Shown here in pieces: positions 11,281-20,978 of a stretch of DNA of 64,000 bases. Source of the stretch: a bacterium (GTDB lineage Bacteria; Zhuqueibacterota; Zhuqueibacteria; Residuimicrobiales; Krinioviventaceae). The translations under genes and the position numbers were made by a program. Where the stretch lies: NCBI GenBank assembly GCA_963675755.2, contig CAXXMD010000002.1, forward strand, positions 480,001-544,000. Direction: 5' to 3'. The first letter of the stretch is position 1; each line of letters begins with the position of its first letter. The notes below the pieces were generated by a model. It did not search any database, was not told the DNA's origin, and worked only from the letters and a program-made list of their open reading frames with translations.

Positions 11281-13455
11281 ATGCAAATGATTCATATTGT
11301 ATCAAACAGGTTACCTACAAGTATAAGTAAAAAAAATAATAAACTTTCATTCAAGCCCAGCGCAGGTGGACTTGCAACCGGCTTGGGTTCACTTTACAAA
11401 AAGTATGATAGCTTGTGGCTTGGATGGCCCGGTATTATCCCAACCGATGATGATGAAAAAAATGAAATAAAGAAAAACCTGGTACAAGATAGAATGTCTC
11501 CGGTTTTTTTAGGGCAGGAAGATATTGAGAAATATTATGAAGGATTTAGTAATAATACAATTTGGCCCTTGTTCCATTATTTTACCCAATATACCCACTA
11601 TGATCAGGACCAATGGGATGCTTATGTAAAAGTAAATAGTATATTTTGTGACGAGTTGATAGATAAAGTACGTCGAGATGATATTATCTGGATTCATGAT
11701 TATCATTTGTTACTACTGCCTCAAATGATAAGAGAAAGAATTCCTGATGCTACCATTGGTTTTTTTCTACATATCCCTTTTCCTTCGTTTGAAATATTTC
11801 GCTTGCTTCCCTGGAGAAAGGAAATTCTGGCAGGCTTACTGGGAGCTGATTTAATAGGGTTCCATACTTTTGATTATGGCCGGCACTTTATGAGTGCGGT
11901 AACTCGTATTGCAGGCCATGAAGTGAAAATGAACCGCATTACCCATGAAGACAGGGTAACTCAGGTCGATTGTTTTCCTATGGGAATAGATTTTGATAAA
12001 TTCGCTGCAGCACCTAAAAAACAAGCTGTTCAGAGAGAAAAAAAGAAATTTTTAAAAAGACTTACTTCATCAAAAATTATTATATCTATTGATCGATTGG
12101 ATTATTCCAAAGGTTTACTGCAAAGATTAGAAGCGTATGATATGTTTCTTCGGGAGAATCCAGAATATCTGGAAAAAATTGTTCTCATCATGGTAGTCGT
12201 ACCTTCCCGTTCACAGGTTGTAAATTATCAAGATTTAAAACATCAAATAGATGAAATGGTAGGAAGGATCAATGGTGAACATGGTTCTGTCGGTTGGATC
12301 CCAATTGTCTATTTGTACCGTTCATTTTCTTTTAATGCACTTTCCGCATTATACAGCATTGCAGATATTGCATTAATAACCCCCTTACGGGATGGCATGA
12401 ACCTTGTAGCTAAAGAATTTATAGCCAACAAAAAAGATGATAAAGGTGTCCTGATTATGAGCGAGTTGGCTGGTTCTGCTGATGAATTGGGAGAAGCAAT
12501 ATTAATTAATCCTAATGATCAGCGTGATATTGTTGAAGCTTTGAAACACGCACTTGTAATGCCTGAAGAAGAGCAGATTAAACGTAATCTTGAAATGCAG
12601 CAGAAAATTAAGCGTTACAATGTTAAACGTTGGGCTGAAGATTTTGTTGAAAGACTTGTTCAGGCCAAAGAGCTTCAAAATTCTTTGAAAATTAAACAAT
12701 TGTCCGCAAATTCAAACCGTAAAATTGTCACATCATTTAAAGAAGCTGACAAACGGTTGATTTTTTTGGATTATGATGGTACGCTTGTTCCCTTTTTTAA
12801 AAATCCACTTGATGCAAAGCCAGATAAAGAATTATTGGAAATATTGACTGAATTGGCTTCAGATCCCAAGAATAATGTTGTTATTATCAGTGGTAGAAGT
12901 CAGGAAATTATTGAGGAGTGGTTCGGAGACCTTGAGATAAATCTGGTAGCTGAACATGGGGTATGGTTAAGAGAATTGGGACATACCTGGGAAATGATTG
13001 ATTCTTTATCACAGGATTGGAAAAAAGATATTAATCCGATCCTTGATCTTTATGTTGAACGAACCCCCGGTTCTTTTGTTGAAGAAAAAGGGTACTCGCT
13101 GGTATGGCATTATCGTAAAGCTGATGTTGGTTTAGGTGAACTTCGTGCAAGAGAGTTAACTGATACATTAAATTATTTTACTGGTAATCTTGATCTTCAG
13201 ATCCTTGAAGGAAACAAGGTGATTGAAATCAAAAACAGTGGTATTAATAAAGGCAGAGCTGCTATCAAATGGATCAACCGTGAAGAGTGGCCTTTTATAA
13301 TTGGCATAGGTGATGATTGGACAGATGAAGATTTATTTAGCGCAATGCCAGACCAGGCTTTTTCCATACGTGTTGGTTTTGTATCCACGTTGGCAAAGCA
13401 TAATATAAAATCCTATATTCAGGTTAGAAAATTATTGCGCGATATGATTGATTAA
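11281..13455 (+). CDS. bifunctional trehalose-6-phosphate synthase/phosphatase (OtsA-OtsB fusion)
   Basis: [32 protein letters not shown]; HAD domain [16 protein letters not shown]. Confidence 0.95.
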   Translation: MQMIHIVSNRLPTSISKKNNKLSFKPSAGGLATGLGSLYKKYDSLWLGWPGIIPTDDDEKNEIKKNLVQDRMSPVFLGQEDIEKYYEGFSNNTIWPLFHYFTQYTHYDQDQWDAYVKVNSIFCDELIDKVRRDDIIWIHDYHLLLLPQMIRERIPDATIGFFLHIPFPSFEIFRLLPWRKEILAGLLGADLIGFHTFDYGRHFMSAVTRIAGHEVKMNRITHEDRVTQVDCFPMGIDFDKFAAAPKKQAVQREKKKFLKRLTSSKIIISIDRLDYSKGLLQRLEAYDMFLRENPEYLEKIVLIMVVVPSRSQVVNYQDLKHQIDEMVGRINGEHGSVGWIPIVYLYRSFSFNALSALYSIADIALITPLRDGMNLVAKEFIANKKDDKGVLIMSELAGSADELGEAILINPNDQRDIVEALKHALVMPEEEQIKRNLEMQQKIKRYNVKRWAEDFVERLVQAKELQNSLKIKQLSANSNRKIVTSFKEADKRLIFLDYDGTLVPFFKNPLDAKPDKELLEILTELASDPKNNVVIISGRSQEIIEEWFGDLEINLVAEHGVWLRELGHTWEMIDSLSQDWKKDINPILDLYVERTPGSFVEEKGYSLVWHYRKADVGLGELRARELTDTLNYFTGNLDLQILEGNKVIEIKNSGINKGRAAIKWINREEWPFIIGIGDDWTDEDLFSAMPDQAFSIRVGFVSTLAKHNIKSYIQVRKLLRDMID

Positions 13456-13467
13456 GGAGAGAACATT

Positions 13468-14712
13468 ATGAAAACATTAGACGATTATAGGTATATCATT
13501 GGAGACGAACAGTTAGCAGCTATTTATCAAAATGCCAGAAAATTATATGGTAAAGAAATAATCCATATAAATTCAACTTTTATGGGTGGTGGAGTTGCTG
13601 AGATATTAACAAGTTTAACACCCCTGATGAATAGTGCGGGGATTTCAGCTGATTGGCGTGTTATTCATGGAAATATTGATCTTTTCAATATTACCAAGAA
13701 ATTTCACAACAGTTTGCAGGGAGATCCTATTAATCTTTCTGAAATTAAAAAAGAACTGTATATTCAGGCCAGTGAAAATTTTTCTGCATATGCAAATCTC
13801 GATTGTGATGCGGTTATTGTTCACGATCCTCAACCCCTGCCATTGATCCAGTTTTATCAGAAAAAGCAACCCTGGATTTGGCGTTGCCATATTGATCTAT
13901 CCAATCCGGATAAAGATTTATGGGAATTCTTGAAAGGTTTTATTCTGCGTTATGATATGACAATTCTCTCGCATGAACAATACAAAAAACAGGATTTACC
14001 TGTTATGCAGAAAATTATTCAACCTGTTATTGATCCGTTGACTTTGAAGAACAAAGAGTTGGATGATGATACCATAAATGAATATATCAGTAAATTCAAC
14101 ATTCCTACGGATAAACCTTTATTGACACAAATTTCACGCTTTGATAAATGGAAAGATCCTCTTGGTGTGATTGAAGTTTATAAAAAGGTACGTGAAGAGG
14201 TTGATTGCCGCTTGATATTGTGTGGAAGTATGGCATCTGATGATCCTGAGGGTATTGAAATTTATGAGATGGTTAATGAAAAACACAAAGATCTCATTGA
14301 TAGCGGTGACATTATTCTCATGACACTTGAAAATCACATCCTCGTAAATGTATTACAAAGGATTTCAACAGTTGTAATACAAAAGTCTTTACGAGAAGGA
14401 TTTGGACTTGTTGTTACCGAAGCATTGTGGAAAGAAAAACCAGTAGTTGCTTCTCGCATTGGTGGAATACCATTACAGATTGAGGATGGCGTTCATGGTT
14501 ATTTGCTTGATCCTTTAGACTTTGATGGATTTGCAGATCGCATTATTTATTTAATGAAAAATCCTGATAAAGCAAATGAAATGGGTAAAGCTGCTAAAGA
14601 ATATGTTAAAGAAAAATTCCTGATTACCCGTTTATTGAGTGATTATATGGATGTTTTAAGCCAGGAATTGGGTAATTACACATTGTGTTATTATACTCCT
14701 AATGGCAGATAA
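13468..14712 (+). CDS. treT: trehalose synthase (TreT-type GT4 glycosyltransferase)
   Basis: HINSTFMGGGVAEIL, HDPQP, WRCHIDLS, SRFDKWKDP, EGFGLVVTEALWK. Confidence 0.85.
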   Translation: MKTLDDYRYIIGDEQLAAIYQNARKLYGKEIIHINSTFMGGGVAEILTSLTPLMNSAGISADWRVIHGNIDLFNITKKFHNSLQGDPINLSEIKKELYIQASENFSAYANLDCDAVIVHDPQPLPLIQFYQKKQPWIWRCHIDLSNPDKDLWEFLKGFILRYDMTILSHEQYKKQDLPVMQKIIQPVIDPLTLKNKELDDDTINEYISKFNIPTDKPLLTQISRFDKWKDPLGVIEVYKKVREEVDCRLILCGSMASDDPEGIEIYEMVNEKHKDLIDSGDIILMTLENHILVNVLQRISTVVIQKSLREGFGLVVTEALWKEKPVVASRIGGIPLQIEDGVHGYLLDPLDFDGFADRIIYLMKNPDKANEMGKAAKEYVKEKFLITRLLSDYMDVLSQELGNYTLCYYTPNGR

Positions 14713-14786
14713 AAACTATTTATTCTTAATTAAAAAAGGCTTACATTCTATTTCGTAAAAATGGATTTCTTTTTTGGATACTGATA

Positions 14787-15698
14787 ATGAATCGAATTTT
14801 TATTTATATGCTAAGCCTTTTTTTAATATTTACTGGCTGTCATAAATCTCAAGAAAAAACAACAACAAAGATTCAAATTGCTGCTTCAATTATGCCATTG
14901 GTTGATTTTGCGCAGCAAATAGGAGGGGAGCAGGTTGATGTATTTCAAATTATTCCTCCTGGTACCAATGCTCATACTTTTGAATTAACACCCCAGCTTG
15001 TTAAAGATATTGCTGGTGCTGACTTTGTAATACTGAATGGTTTGGGGCTAGAGTTTTGGGCCCAAAAACTTGACCAAATTATTGATCCTGAAAAAATTGT
15101 TGATACATCTGCAAACCTAGATATTCACAATCTACATGAAGGTCATCATCATCATGGTGAAATGAATGAAGATGATGACGATCATGAAATGCACGTGAAT
15201 CCCCATATCTGGTTAGACCCGGCCTTAGCAACACGACAAGTTATTATGATCAGGAACGCATTGATCGAAATTGATGAAAATCATAAATCTGATTATGAGA
15301 TCAGAACTGCTACATTATTAAAATCTTTGGATAGTTTATCGATTGCAATTTCCGATTCGGTTAATACCTGGAGTCAAAAACAGTTTATTTGTTTTCATCC
15401 TGCATGGGAATATTTTGCTGAACGTTTTGGTTTGATCCAGGCAGCTATAATTGAGCCTTCACATGGAATGGAACCGGGACCTGCAAAAATAGCAGAGATT
15501 GTAGAAACTGCCAAACGTATACAAGCAAAGGCAATATTTACAGAAGCTGAATTCCCGGATGTGTTGAGTAAAACAATAGCACGTGAAAGTGGAATTGTTA
15601 CCGTACCACTTGATCCCCTGGGAAGTACAAAAGGTATTAATACCTATATTGAATTAATGCATTATAATGTATTGCAAATGTCTAAAGCCTTAAAATAA
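14787..15698 (+). CDS. znuA: Zn/Mn ABC transporter substrate-binding lipoprotein
   Basis: Lipobox (FTGC), AHTFE, His/Asp-rich loop, NPHIWLDP, FHPAWEYF. Confidence 0.88.
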   Translation: MNRIFIYMLSLFLIFTGCHKSQEKTTTKIQIAASIMPLVDFAQQIGGEQVDVFQIIPPGTNAHTFELTPQLVKDIAGADFVILNGLGLEFWAQKLDQIIDPEKIVDTSANLDIHNLHEGHHHHGEMNEDDDDHEMHVNPHIWLDPALATRQVIMIRNALIEIDENHKSDYEIRTATLLKSLDSLSIAISDSVNTWSQKQFICFHPAWEYFAERFGLIQAAIIEPSHGMEPGPAKIAEIVETAKRIQAKAIFTEAEFPDVLSKTIARESGIVTVPLDPLGSTKGINTYIELMHYNVLQMSKALK

Positions 15699-15705
15699 GT
15701 TCATT

Positions 15706-16527
15706 ATGGAAGAAATTAATAATACAGTAATATCTACAGAACATCTGTATGTAGCATATGAAGATAAATTGATTCTGGATGATATTACATTTGAAATTAA
15801 AAAAGGACAGTTTTGGGGTATCCTTGGTCCCAATGGATCGGGCAAGACCACATTGCTTGGTGCGTTATTGGGACTGGTAAAGCCATTGTCTGGTAAAATT
15901 AAAGTATTGGGGCATTCTCCTGATAAACTGGGTGCAAAACGTGATTTGTTGGGGTATGTACCTCAATATACCCAGGTTGATCTTAAATTTCCAATCAAGG
16001 TTAAAGATGTAGTACTGCTAGGACGTGCAAGAAAAATGGGTATAGGAAAACGCCCCGGAAAAGACGACTGGCAGGCTGTTGATAAAGCTCTCAATTTAGT
16101 CAATCTTCAAAATCTTGCAGACAGGCAAATCGGCAGGTTGTCGGGAGGAGAGAGGCAGCGTGTATTGATTGCCCGTGCTTTAGCACTAGAGCCCGAAATC
16201 TTGTTCCTGGATGAGCCTACAGCATCTCTGGATGTCGGAGCAACAGAAAGCTTTTATGAATGGCTTTATTCTATGTATAAAAATCTCAATATTACATTGG
16301 TTCTTGTTTCCCATGATGTTGGAGTAATATCTAAATATGTCGATTCGGTTGCGTGTTTAAATGGTCGTTTGGTTGCTCACGGTTTGCCTGAACAAATTTT
16401 GAATAACCATAATCTGGAAGATATGTACGGTTGTGATGCTGTGTTCTTTCATCATGGCAAAGTTCCCCATATTGTAGTTGCCGAGCCGGAATCTAAACCT
16501 TATATCAGGGGAAACGACGTTGATTGA
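15706..16527 (+). CDS. znuC: metal ABC transporter ATP-binding protein
   Basis: GPNGSGKTT, LSGGERQR, FLDEP, SHD. Confidence 0.9.
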   Translation: MEEINNTVISTEHLYVAYEDKLILDDITFEIKKGQFWGILGPNGSGKTTLLGALLGLVKPLSGKIKVLGHSPDKLGAKRDLLGYVPQYTQVDLKFPIKVKDVVLLGRARKMGIGKRPGKDDWQAVDKALNLVNLQNLADRQIGRLSGGERQRVLIARALALEPEILFLDEPTASLDVGATESFYEWLYSMYKNLNITLVLVSHDVGVISKYVDSVACLNGRLVAHGLPEQILNNHNLEDMYGCDAVFFHHGKVPHIVVAEPESKPYIRGNDVD

Positions 16528-17362
16528 TTTATTTCAATATACTTTTATGCAGCGTGCTTTCGCCGCATCAACCATTACCGGCATTGTTTGCGCAGTTATC
16601 GGTGTATATGTTGTTTTGCGTGGGATGGCCTTTATTGGCGCCGGTATTTCACATGCTTCTTTTGCCGGTGTTGCTTTGGGTTTTGTATTGGGTATTAATC
16701 CATTCTTTACAACAATAGTTTTTTGTATTCTTACTGCATGGGGAATTGGCATTGTAAGTGATAAACAGCACGTTAAAGAAGATACGGCAGTAGGTATCTT
16801 TTTTGCTTCAACCATGGCTTTTGGTATTTTGTTGATTGGATTTATTAAAGGATATACCATTGATCTGTTTGGTTATATCTTTGGAAATATTTTAGCTGTT
16901 ACACAATTTGATGTTTGGTCAGGACTTGTACTTGCTTTGGTTGTTGTTGGTAGTGTTGTTTTCTTTTATAAAGAGTTTCTTTTTATCACATTTGATCCTG
17001 AAATGGCCAAAGTTACCGGACTCTCTGTACGGTTCTTTAATTTTTTAATGCTTACGTTGGTTTCGCTTACTGTCGTTATATCAATAAAGATTGTTGGTAT
17101 TGTTCTGGTCTCTGCATTGATTGTAACACCTGCCGCATCCGCATACCAATTGACTGAGGATTTCAAAAAAATGATGATTCTTGCAATTGTGTTTGGAGTT
17201 GTATCATCGTGGGCTGGTCTTTTATTTTCTGCTATATTTAACTTTCCATCCGGCGCTACTATAGTATTAACTGCAACTTTGATATTTTTTATAACATTTA
17301 CATTTTCACCCAAGCGCAAAAGCTTAAAATTACGAATGAAAAAACTCTTATCGAATAACTGA
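16520..17362 (+). CDS. znuB: metal ABC transporter permease
   Basis: Likely TTG start at 16520 overlapping the znuC stop; FMQRAF, GISHASFAG, multi-TM. Confidence 0.88.
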   Translation: MIDLFQYTFMQRAFAASTITGIVCAVIGVYVVLRGMAFIGAGISHASFAGVALGFVLGINPFFTTIVFCILTAWGIGIVSDKQHVKEDTAVGIFFASTMAFGILLIGFIKGYTIDLFGYIFGNILAVTQFDVWSGLVLALVVVGSVVFFYKEFLFITFDPEMAKVTGLSVRFFNFLMLTLVSLTVVISIKIVGIVLVSALIVTPAASAYQLTEDFKKMMILAIVFGVVSSWAGLLFSAIFNFPSGATIVLTATLIFFITFTFSPKRKSLKLRMKKLLSNN

Positions 17363-17366
17363 GAAT

Positions 17367-18101
17367 ATGAAGCTAAAAATAACTACGATTTTTGATAATT
17401 ATACATTATCCGATGAATATAAAACTGAATGGGGATATTCCTGTATAATTGAATATGGTAATGAAATAATTTTGTTTGATACCGGTAATGATTCAAATAT
17501 ACTGCTTGAGAATATGAAAAAGCTGGGCTTTGATCCCCAGGATATTACCCAGGTTTTTATTTCACACATGCATTGGGATCATGTTGGAGGTCTCCTTGGA
17601 TTTCTTCAAGTAAATTCTAATGTAAGATTATATTTGGTAGCCTCTGCACTGGATGATGATATTAAATATATTAAACAATACGTGAAAAGCATTGTCTTGA
17701 TTGATTCCATAACCGAAATATTGCCTGGTGTTTATTCATTGGGTGATATGCCGGGATATCTAAATGAGCAAGCTTTGCTCGCAAAGGTTAAGAATGGTGT
17801 TGTTGTCATCACCGGATGCGCGCACCCCGGTATTGATTATATTTTGGATACATGCCAATCCATGTTTCCGGGGGAAACCGTAAAGTTGTTGATGGGTGGT
17901 TTTCATTTATTGCACGACAACCAAAATCAGGTTTCAGCGCATATTCAATATTTATTGCAATCTAATATAGGTCATATTTCACCCTCTCACTGTACCGGAG
18001 ATGAGCCAATTGAAGCAATTAAAAAAGCTTTTGGTGATAAATATCTTCAAGGTGGTGTAGGATTTTCAACAAATTTTGATATAGATGAGGTGGTATTATG
18101 A
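17367..18101 (+). CDS. MBL-fold metallo-hydrolase
   Basis: LFDTG, SHMHWDHVGG, TGCAHPG, GGFH, PSHCTG. Confidence 0.88.
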   Translation: MKLKITTIFDNYTLSDEYKTEWGYSCIIEYGNEIILFDTGNDSNILLENMKKLGFDPQDITQVFISHMHWDHVGGLLGFLQVNSNVRLYLVASALDDDIKYIKQYVKSIVLIDSITEILPGVYSLGDMPGYLNEQALLAKVKNGVVVITGCAHPGIDYILDTCQSMFPGETVKLLMGGFHLLHDNQNQVSAHIQYLLQSNIGHISPSHCTGDEPIEAIKKAFGDKYLQGGVGFSTNFDIDEVVL

Positions 18102-18457
18102 AAGTAAAACATTATACCGATATACCTGCCAAGGTTTTTGGCAGTGAAGCTCCTAATACATCTATCCGTGTTTTGATCAATGATGAAAATGATAATGCAC
18201 CTGTTTATAATCTAAGAATGATTGAAATAGGTGTTGACGGTAATACGCCAGATCACGCACATCCTTATGAACATGAGAATTTTGTTGTTGAAGGTAATGG
18301 TGCTGTAATGATAGATGGTACCTGGTATGACTTGAAAAAGGGAGATGTTGTGTTGGTTCCGGCAAACATTCGGCATCAATATAAAAACACAGGGAATTCT
18401 GTTTTTAAATTTCTTTGTGGAATTCCCAATGCCAAAATTCAGTCTATGCTTGAGTGA
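18098..18457 (+). CDS. cupin domain protein
   Basis: HAHPYEHENFV..G and VPANIRHQYKN cupin motifs. Confidence 0.88.
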   Translation: MKVKHYTDIPAKVFGSEAPNTSIRVLINDENDNAPVYNLRMIEIGVDGNTPDHAHPYEHENFVVEGNGAVMIDGTWYDLKKGDVVLVPANIRHQYKNTGNSVFKFLCGIPNAKIQSMLE

Positions 18458-19838
18458 AAGATTTATAAAAATTTCTATCAACAGTATAAATAATCAGAGT
18501 GCTAACCAATCCCGGGAAAATAGGTTCAATAGCAAAAAGCGGTATAGTTTGCCCATATATTGGATTTAGTATAGTCCATCCTAAAGAAAAAAATGCTCCA
18601 GACATGATACATAGTTTTGCACCCAACGTACTCATTTTATACTTTGGGAAGAAACTGCTTACAACCGGAATTAACAATGCCGGGGTTGTAATAGAACCCA
18701 GTTGTTTCCACAATTCAATTACAGATTGACCATATATAGCCAGTCCTATAGAAAACAATGTAGAAATTACAAGCCCTATACGTGTATAGTATTGTATACT
18801 GTTTTCTTGCTTACCTGATAGTCTCCATAAATAATCACGCCCAATTGTCATAGCGGCTAATAGAGAATAACTGTCAACTGTCGACATGATTGTAGCCAAA
18901 AGGCCCGCAAAAAATAGCCCGGTTAATACAGGAGGTAATACATTGACTGCCAAATCAAGATAACTGGTAACCGGATTTGATAAATTAGGTAAAATAGCTT
19001 TGGCATAAAGTCCGGTCATGGTTGTAAGAAAATCAAAAAATATCCAAAAGATTACAGAGATTATAATTCCCTTTTTTACAACCGAAGGATGACGTGCGGC
19101 AAAACAACGTTGATAAAAAGCAGGTTCTACCAATGTTGACAGTGCAATAAAGAACCACATAATAATGTACATAGCTCCCTGGCCACCATGCCATAAAAAA
19201 TGGGTGGAAGGCAAATTTGTTTTAAGAAAATAGAATCCTCCATAATTCCGAAAACAAAAAGATAACAAGAGTATAAATCCTGCAAACATGAGTGAAAATT
19301 GTAAATAATCCGTTTTTACAACAGATCTGAACCCACCGGCAAAAACATAGATAAAACTAAACGATGCTCCTATGACAATACCTAACCAGAGTGGCCAATT
19401 GAAAAAGAATTGCAGTAATACACCCAGCATTAATACATATGCCGCAGGAGCAGTAAAGATAAAAACAAATAACGCACCCATCAAAGATACAGGTTTGTCA
19501 TAAGTCTTTTCCAACAATTGAGGGATGGTTAATAGTTGAGATGTCTGGACTTTTTTAGCAAGTATAAACGCAAATAATAAGGCTGCTGTATAATATGGTA
19601 CCCCAAATACAATCCAGTTCGATATGCCGTATAAATAAGAGAATTCACCTACACCTAAAATTCCTCCATACCATGTAGAAACAAGGGTCGCAACAAATGC
19701 CGGTAATGTTAATTGTCTGCCACCAAGCAGGAAATTATTTGCATCATTATTATCTTTTGAACGATAAAAAGCCAGCCCCAAAATAAATACAAATAAAAGA
19801 TAGAGTAGAATGATCAATGTATCTATTAAAGAAAGCAC
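18444..19838 (-). CDS. sodium:solute symporter family protein (substrate unknown)
   Basis: Many TM helices, FLLGGRQL, ATLVSTWYGG, GGFRSVVKTD, FYQRCFAA, ATIMSTVDS; GTG start. Confidence 0.85.
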   Translation of the reverse strand: MLSLIDTLIILLYLLFVFILGLAFYRSKDNNDANNFLLGGRQLTLPAFVATLVSTWYGGILGVGEFSYLYGISNWIVFGVPYYTAALLFAFILAKKVQTSQLLTIPQLLEKTYDKPVSLMGALFVFIFTAPAAYVLMLGVLLQFFFNWPLWLGIVIGASFSFIYVFAGGFRSVVKTDYLQFSLMFAGFILLLSFCFRNYGGFYFLKTNLPSTHFLWHGGQGAMYIIMWFFIALSTLVEPAFYQRCFAARHPSVVKKGIIISVIFWIFFDFLTTMTGLYAKAILPNLSNPVTSYLDLAVNVLPPVLTGLFFAGLLATIMSTVDSYSLLAAMTIGRDYLWRLSGKQENSIQYYTRIGLVISTLFSIGLAIYGQSVIELWKQLGSITTPALLIPVVSSFFPKYKMSTLGAKLCIMSGAFFSLGWTILNPIYGQTIPLFAIEPIFPGLVSTLIIYTVDRNFYKSFTQA

Positions 19839-19919
19839 ATTATTTCCGGATTAGTTGATTGAAATGTTTAGAGAATGGTAAGAATTTTTAACAGGGAATA
19901 TGTTCCCCCAGTAAGGTGC

Positions 19920-20402
19920 TTATATGAATGTTTTAACAATTTCATTTTGAATTGTCTGCAAGTCTGAATAGGCTTTGTTAATTTCACTAATTTTGGATTG
20001 CAGTTTTTTCATCAGTTTTTGCTTCTCAAGACCATTACGAAAAATGATCAACAGATCATCATTGTCCCAGGGTTTTTCAATATATTGAAACAAGCCAACT
20101 TCATTAATTGCTTTGATAGCATTCTCTTTATCAGCATAACCTGTCAAGATGATTCTGGGTACTTCGGGTTTTACATCCCGAACTTTGGCTAAAAACGATA
20201 TTCCATCCATTTCAGGCATTAAATAGTCTGATACTACAAGATGTACATCATTTTCTTTGATATAATCCAGTGCCTCACTTGCCAAAGTAAAAGTTTTTAC
20301 CTGGTAATCTGTTTCCAACATGAGGAATGAATTCAAGCTTGAAAGTACAATTTCCTCATCATCAACAATTACTATACTTTCTTTTTCTGAACTTTTCTCC
20401 AT
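19920..20402 (-). CDS. response regulator (REC plus C-terminal coiled coil)
   Basis: IVDDE, SDYLMP, LTGY, EKPW. Confidence 0.92.
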   Translation of the reverse strand: MEKSSEKESIVIVDDEEIVLSSLNSFLMLETDYQVKTFTLASEALDYIKENDVHLVVSDYLMPEMDGISFLAKVRDVKPEVPRIILTGYADKENAIKAINEVGLFQYIEKPWDNDDLLIIFRNGLEKQKLMKKLQSKISEINKAYSDLQTIQNEIVKTFI

Positions 20403-20509
20403 GATTTACTCCTGAAATATCCTATACAAATCAACCATGTTGTCAATTTATTATAACTTGAAAAGTAATAAATATTATTATCAATCTCAATAGTAAAATT
20501 TTGTTTTTT

Positions 20510-20968
20510 TTACTCTTGGTTCGTATTTTGATTGGTGGGAATGTCTATACGAACACGTCCTACAAGGCGACGTAATCGTTTAGACATGGTTTTAAGTACC
20601 CCTTGAGTAATACGGGTATGATCAGATAATAAATCATAAAAATCATCACGATCAATTCGAAGCAGATGAGTAGGTTCAAGTGTTTTTGCAGTTGCAACTC
20701 GAGGTTCATCATCAAAAAGGGCCCAGGTACCCATTACATCTTTTTTACCGGCATCCATGATTTTTTGTTCATTGTGGCTAACTCTCACAAGACCATCAAC
20801 AACAATATACAGCGCATCCGAGGGATCTCCTTCTTTATAGATCACATAATCTGCATCATAATTGTATTCTTCTGTAATTGCTGCAATAAAAGCCAGATCA
20901 CCTGTGGTTGTATTTTCAAATACATCAACTTCCTGAAGCAGCAATACTTTTTCAATGATTGTGAGCAT
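20510..20968 (-). CDS. cyclic-nucleotide-binding domain protein
   Basis: IYKEGDPSDALYIVVDG, GxWALFDDEPRVATA; LTIIEKVLLL N-terminus typical of the cNMP module of NTT-HEAT proteins. Confidence 0.88.
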   Translation of the reverse strand: MLTIIEKVLLLQEVDVFENTTTGDLAFIAAITEEYNYDADYVIYKEGDPSDALYIVVDGLVRVSHNEQKIMDAGKKDVMGTWALFDDEPRVATAKTLEPTHLLRIDRDDFYDLLSDHTRITQGVLKTMSKRLRRLVGRVRIDIPTNQNTNQE

Positions 20969-20978
20969 ATTACCTCGT

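Noticed and set aside
15120-15200. His/Asp-rich low-complexity tract
   Set aside because: Normal metal-chelating loop of ZnuA-type proteins
18444-18457. Short overlaps of convergent gene ends (also 3304-3307 and 61379-61388)
   Set aside because: Common in compact AT-rich genomes; no further signal
19839-19919. Possible riboswitch upstream of the orphan SSS transporter
   Set aside because: Only a 5-bp hairpin (GGGAA-TATG-TTCCC); no TPP, cobalamin, SAM or FMN consensus found
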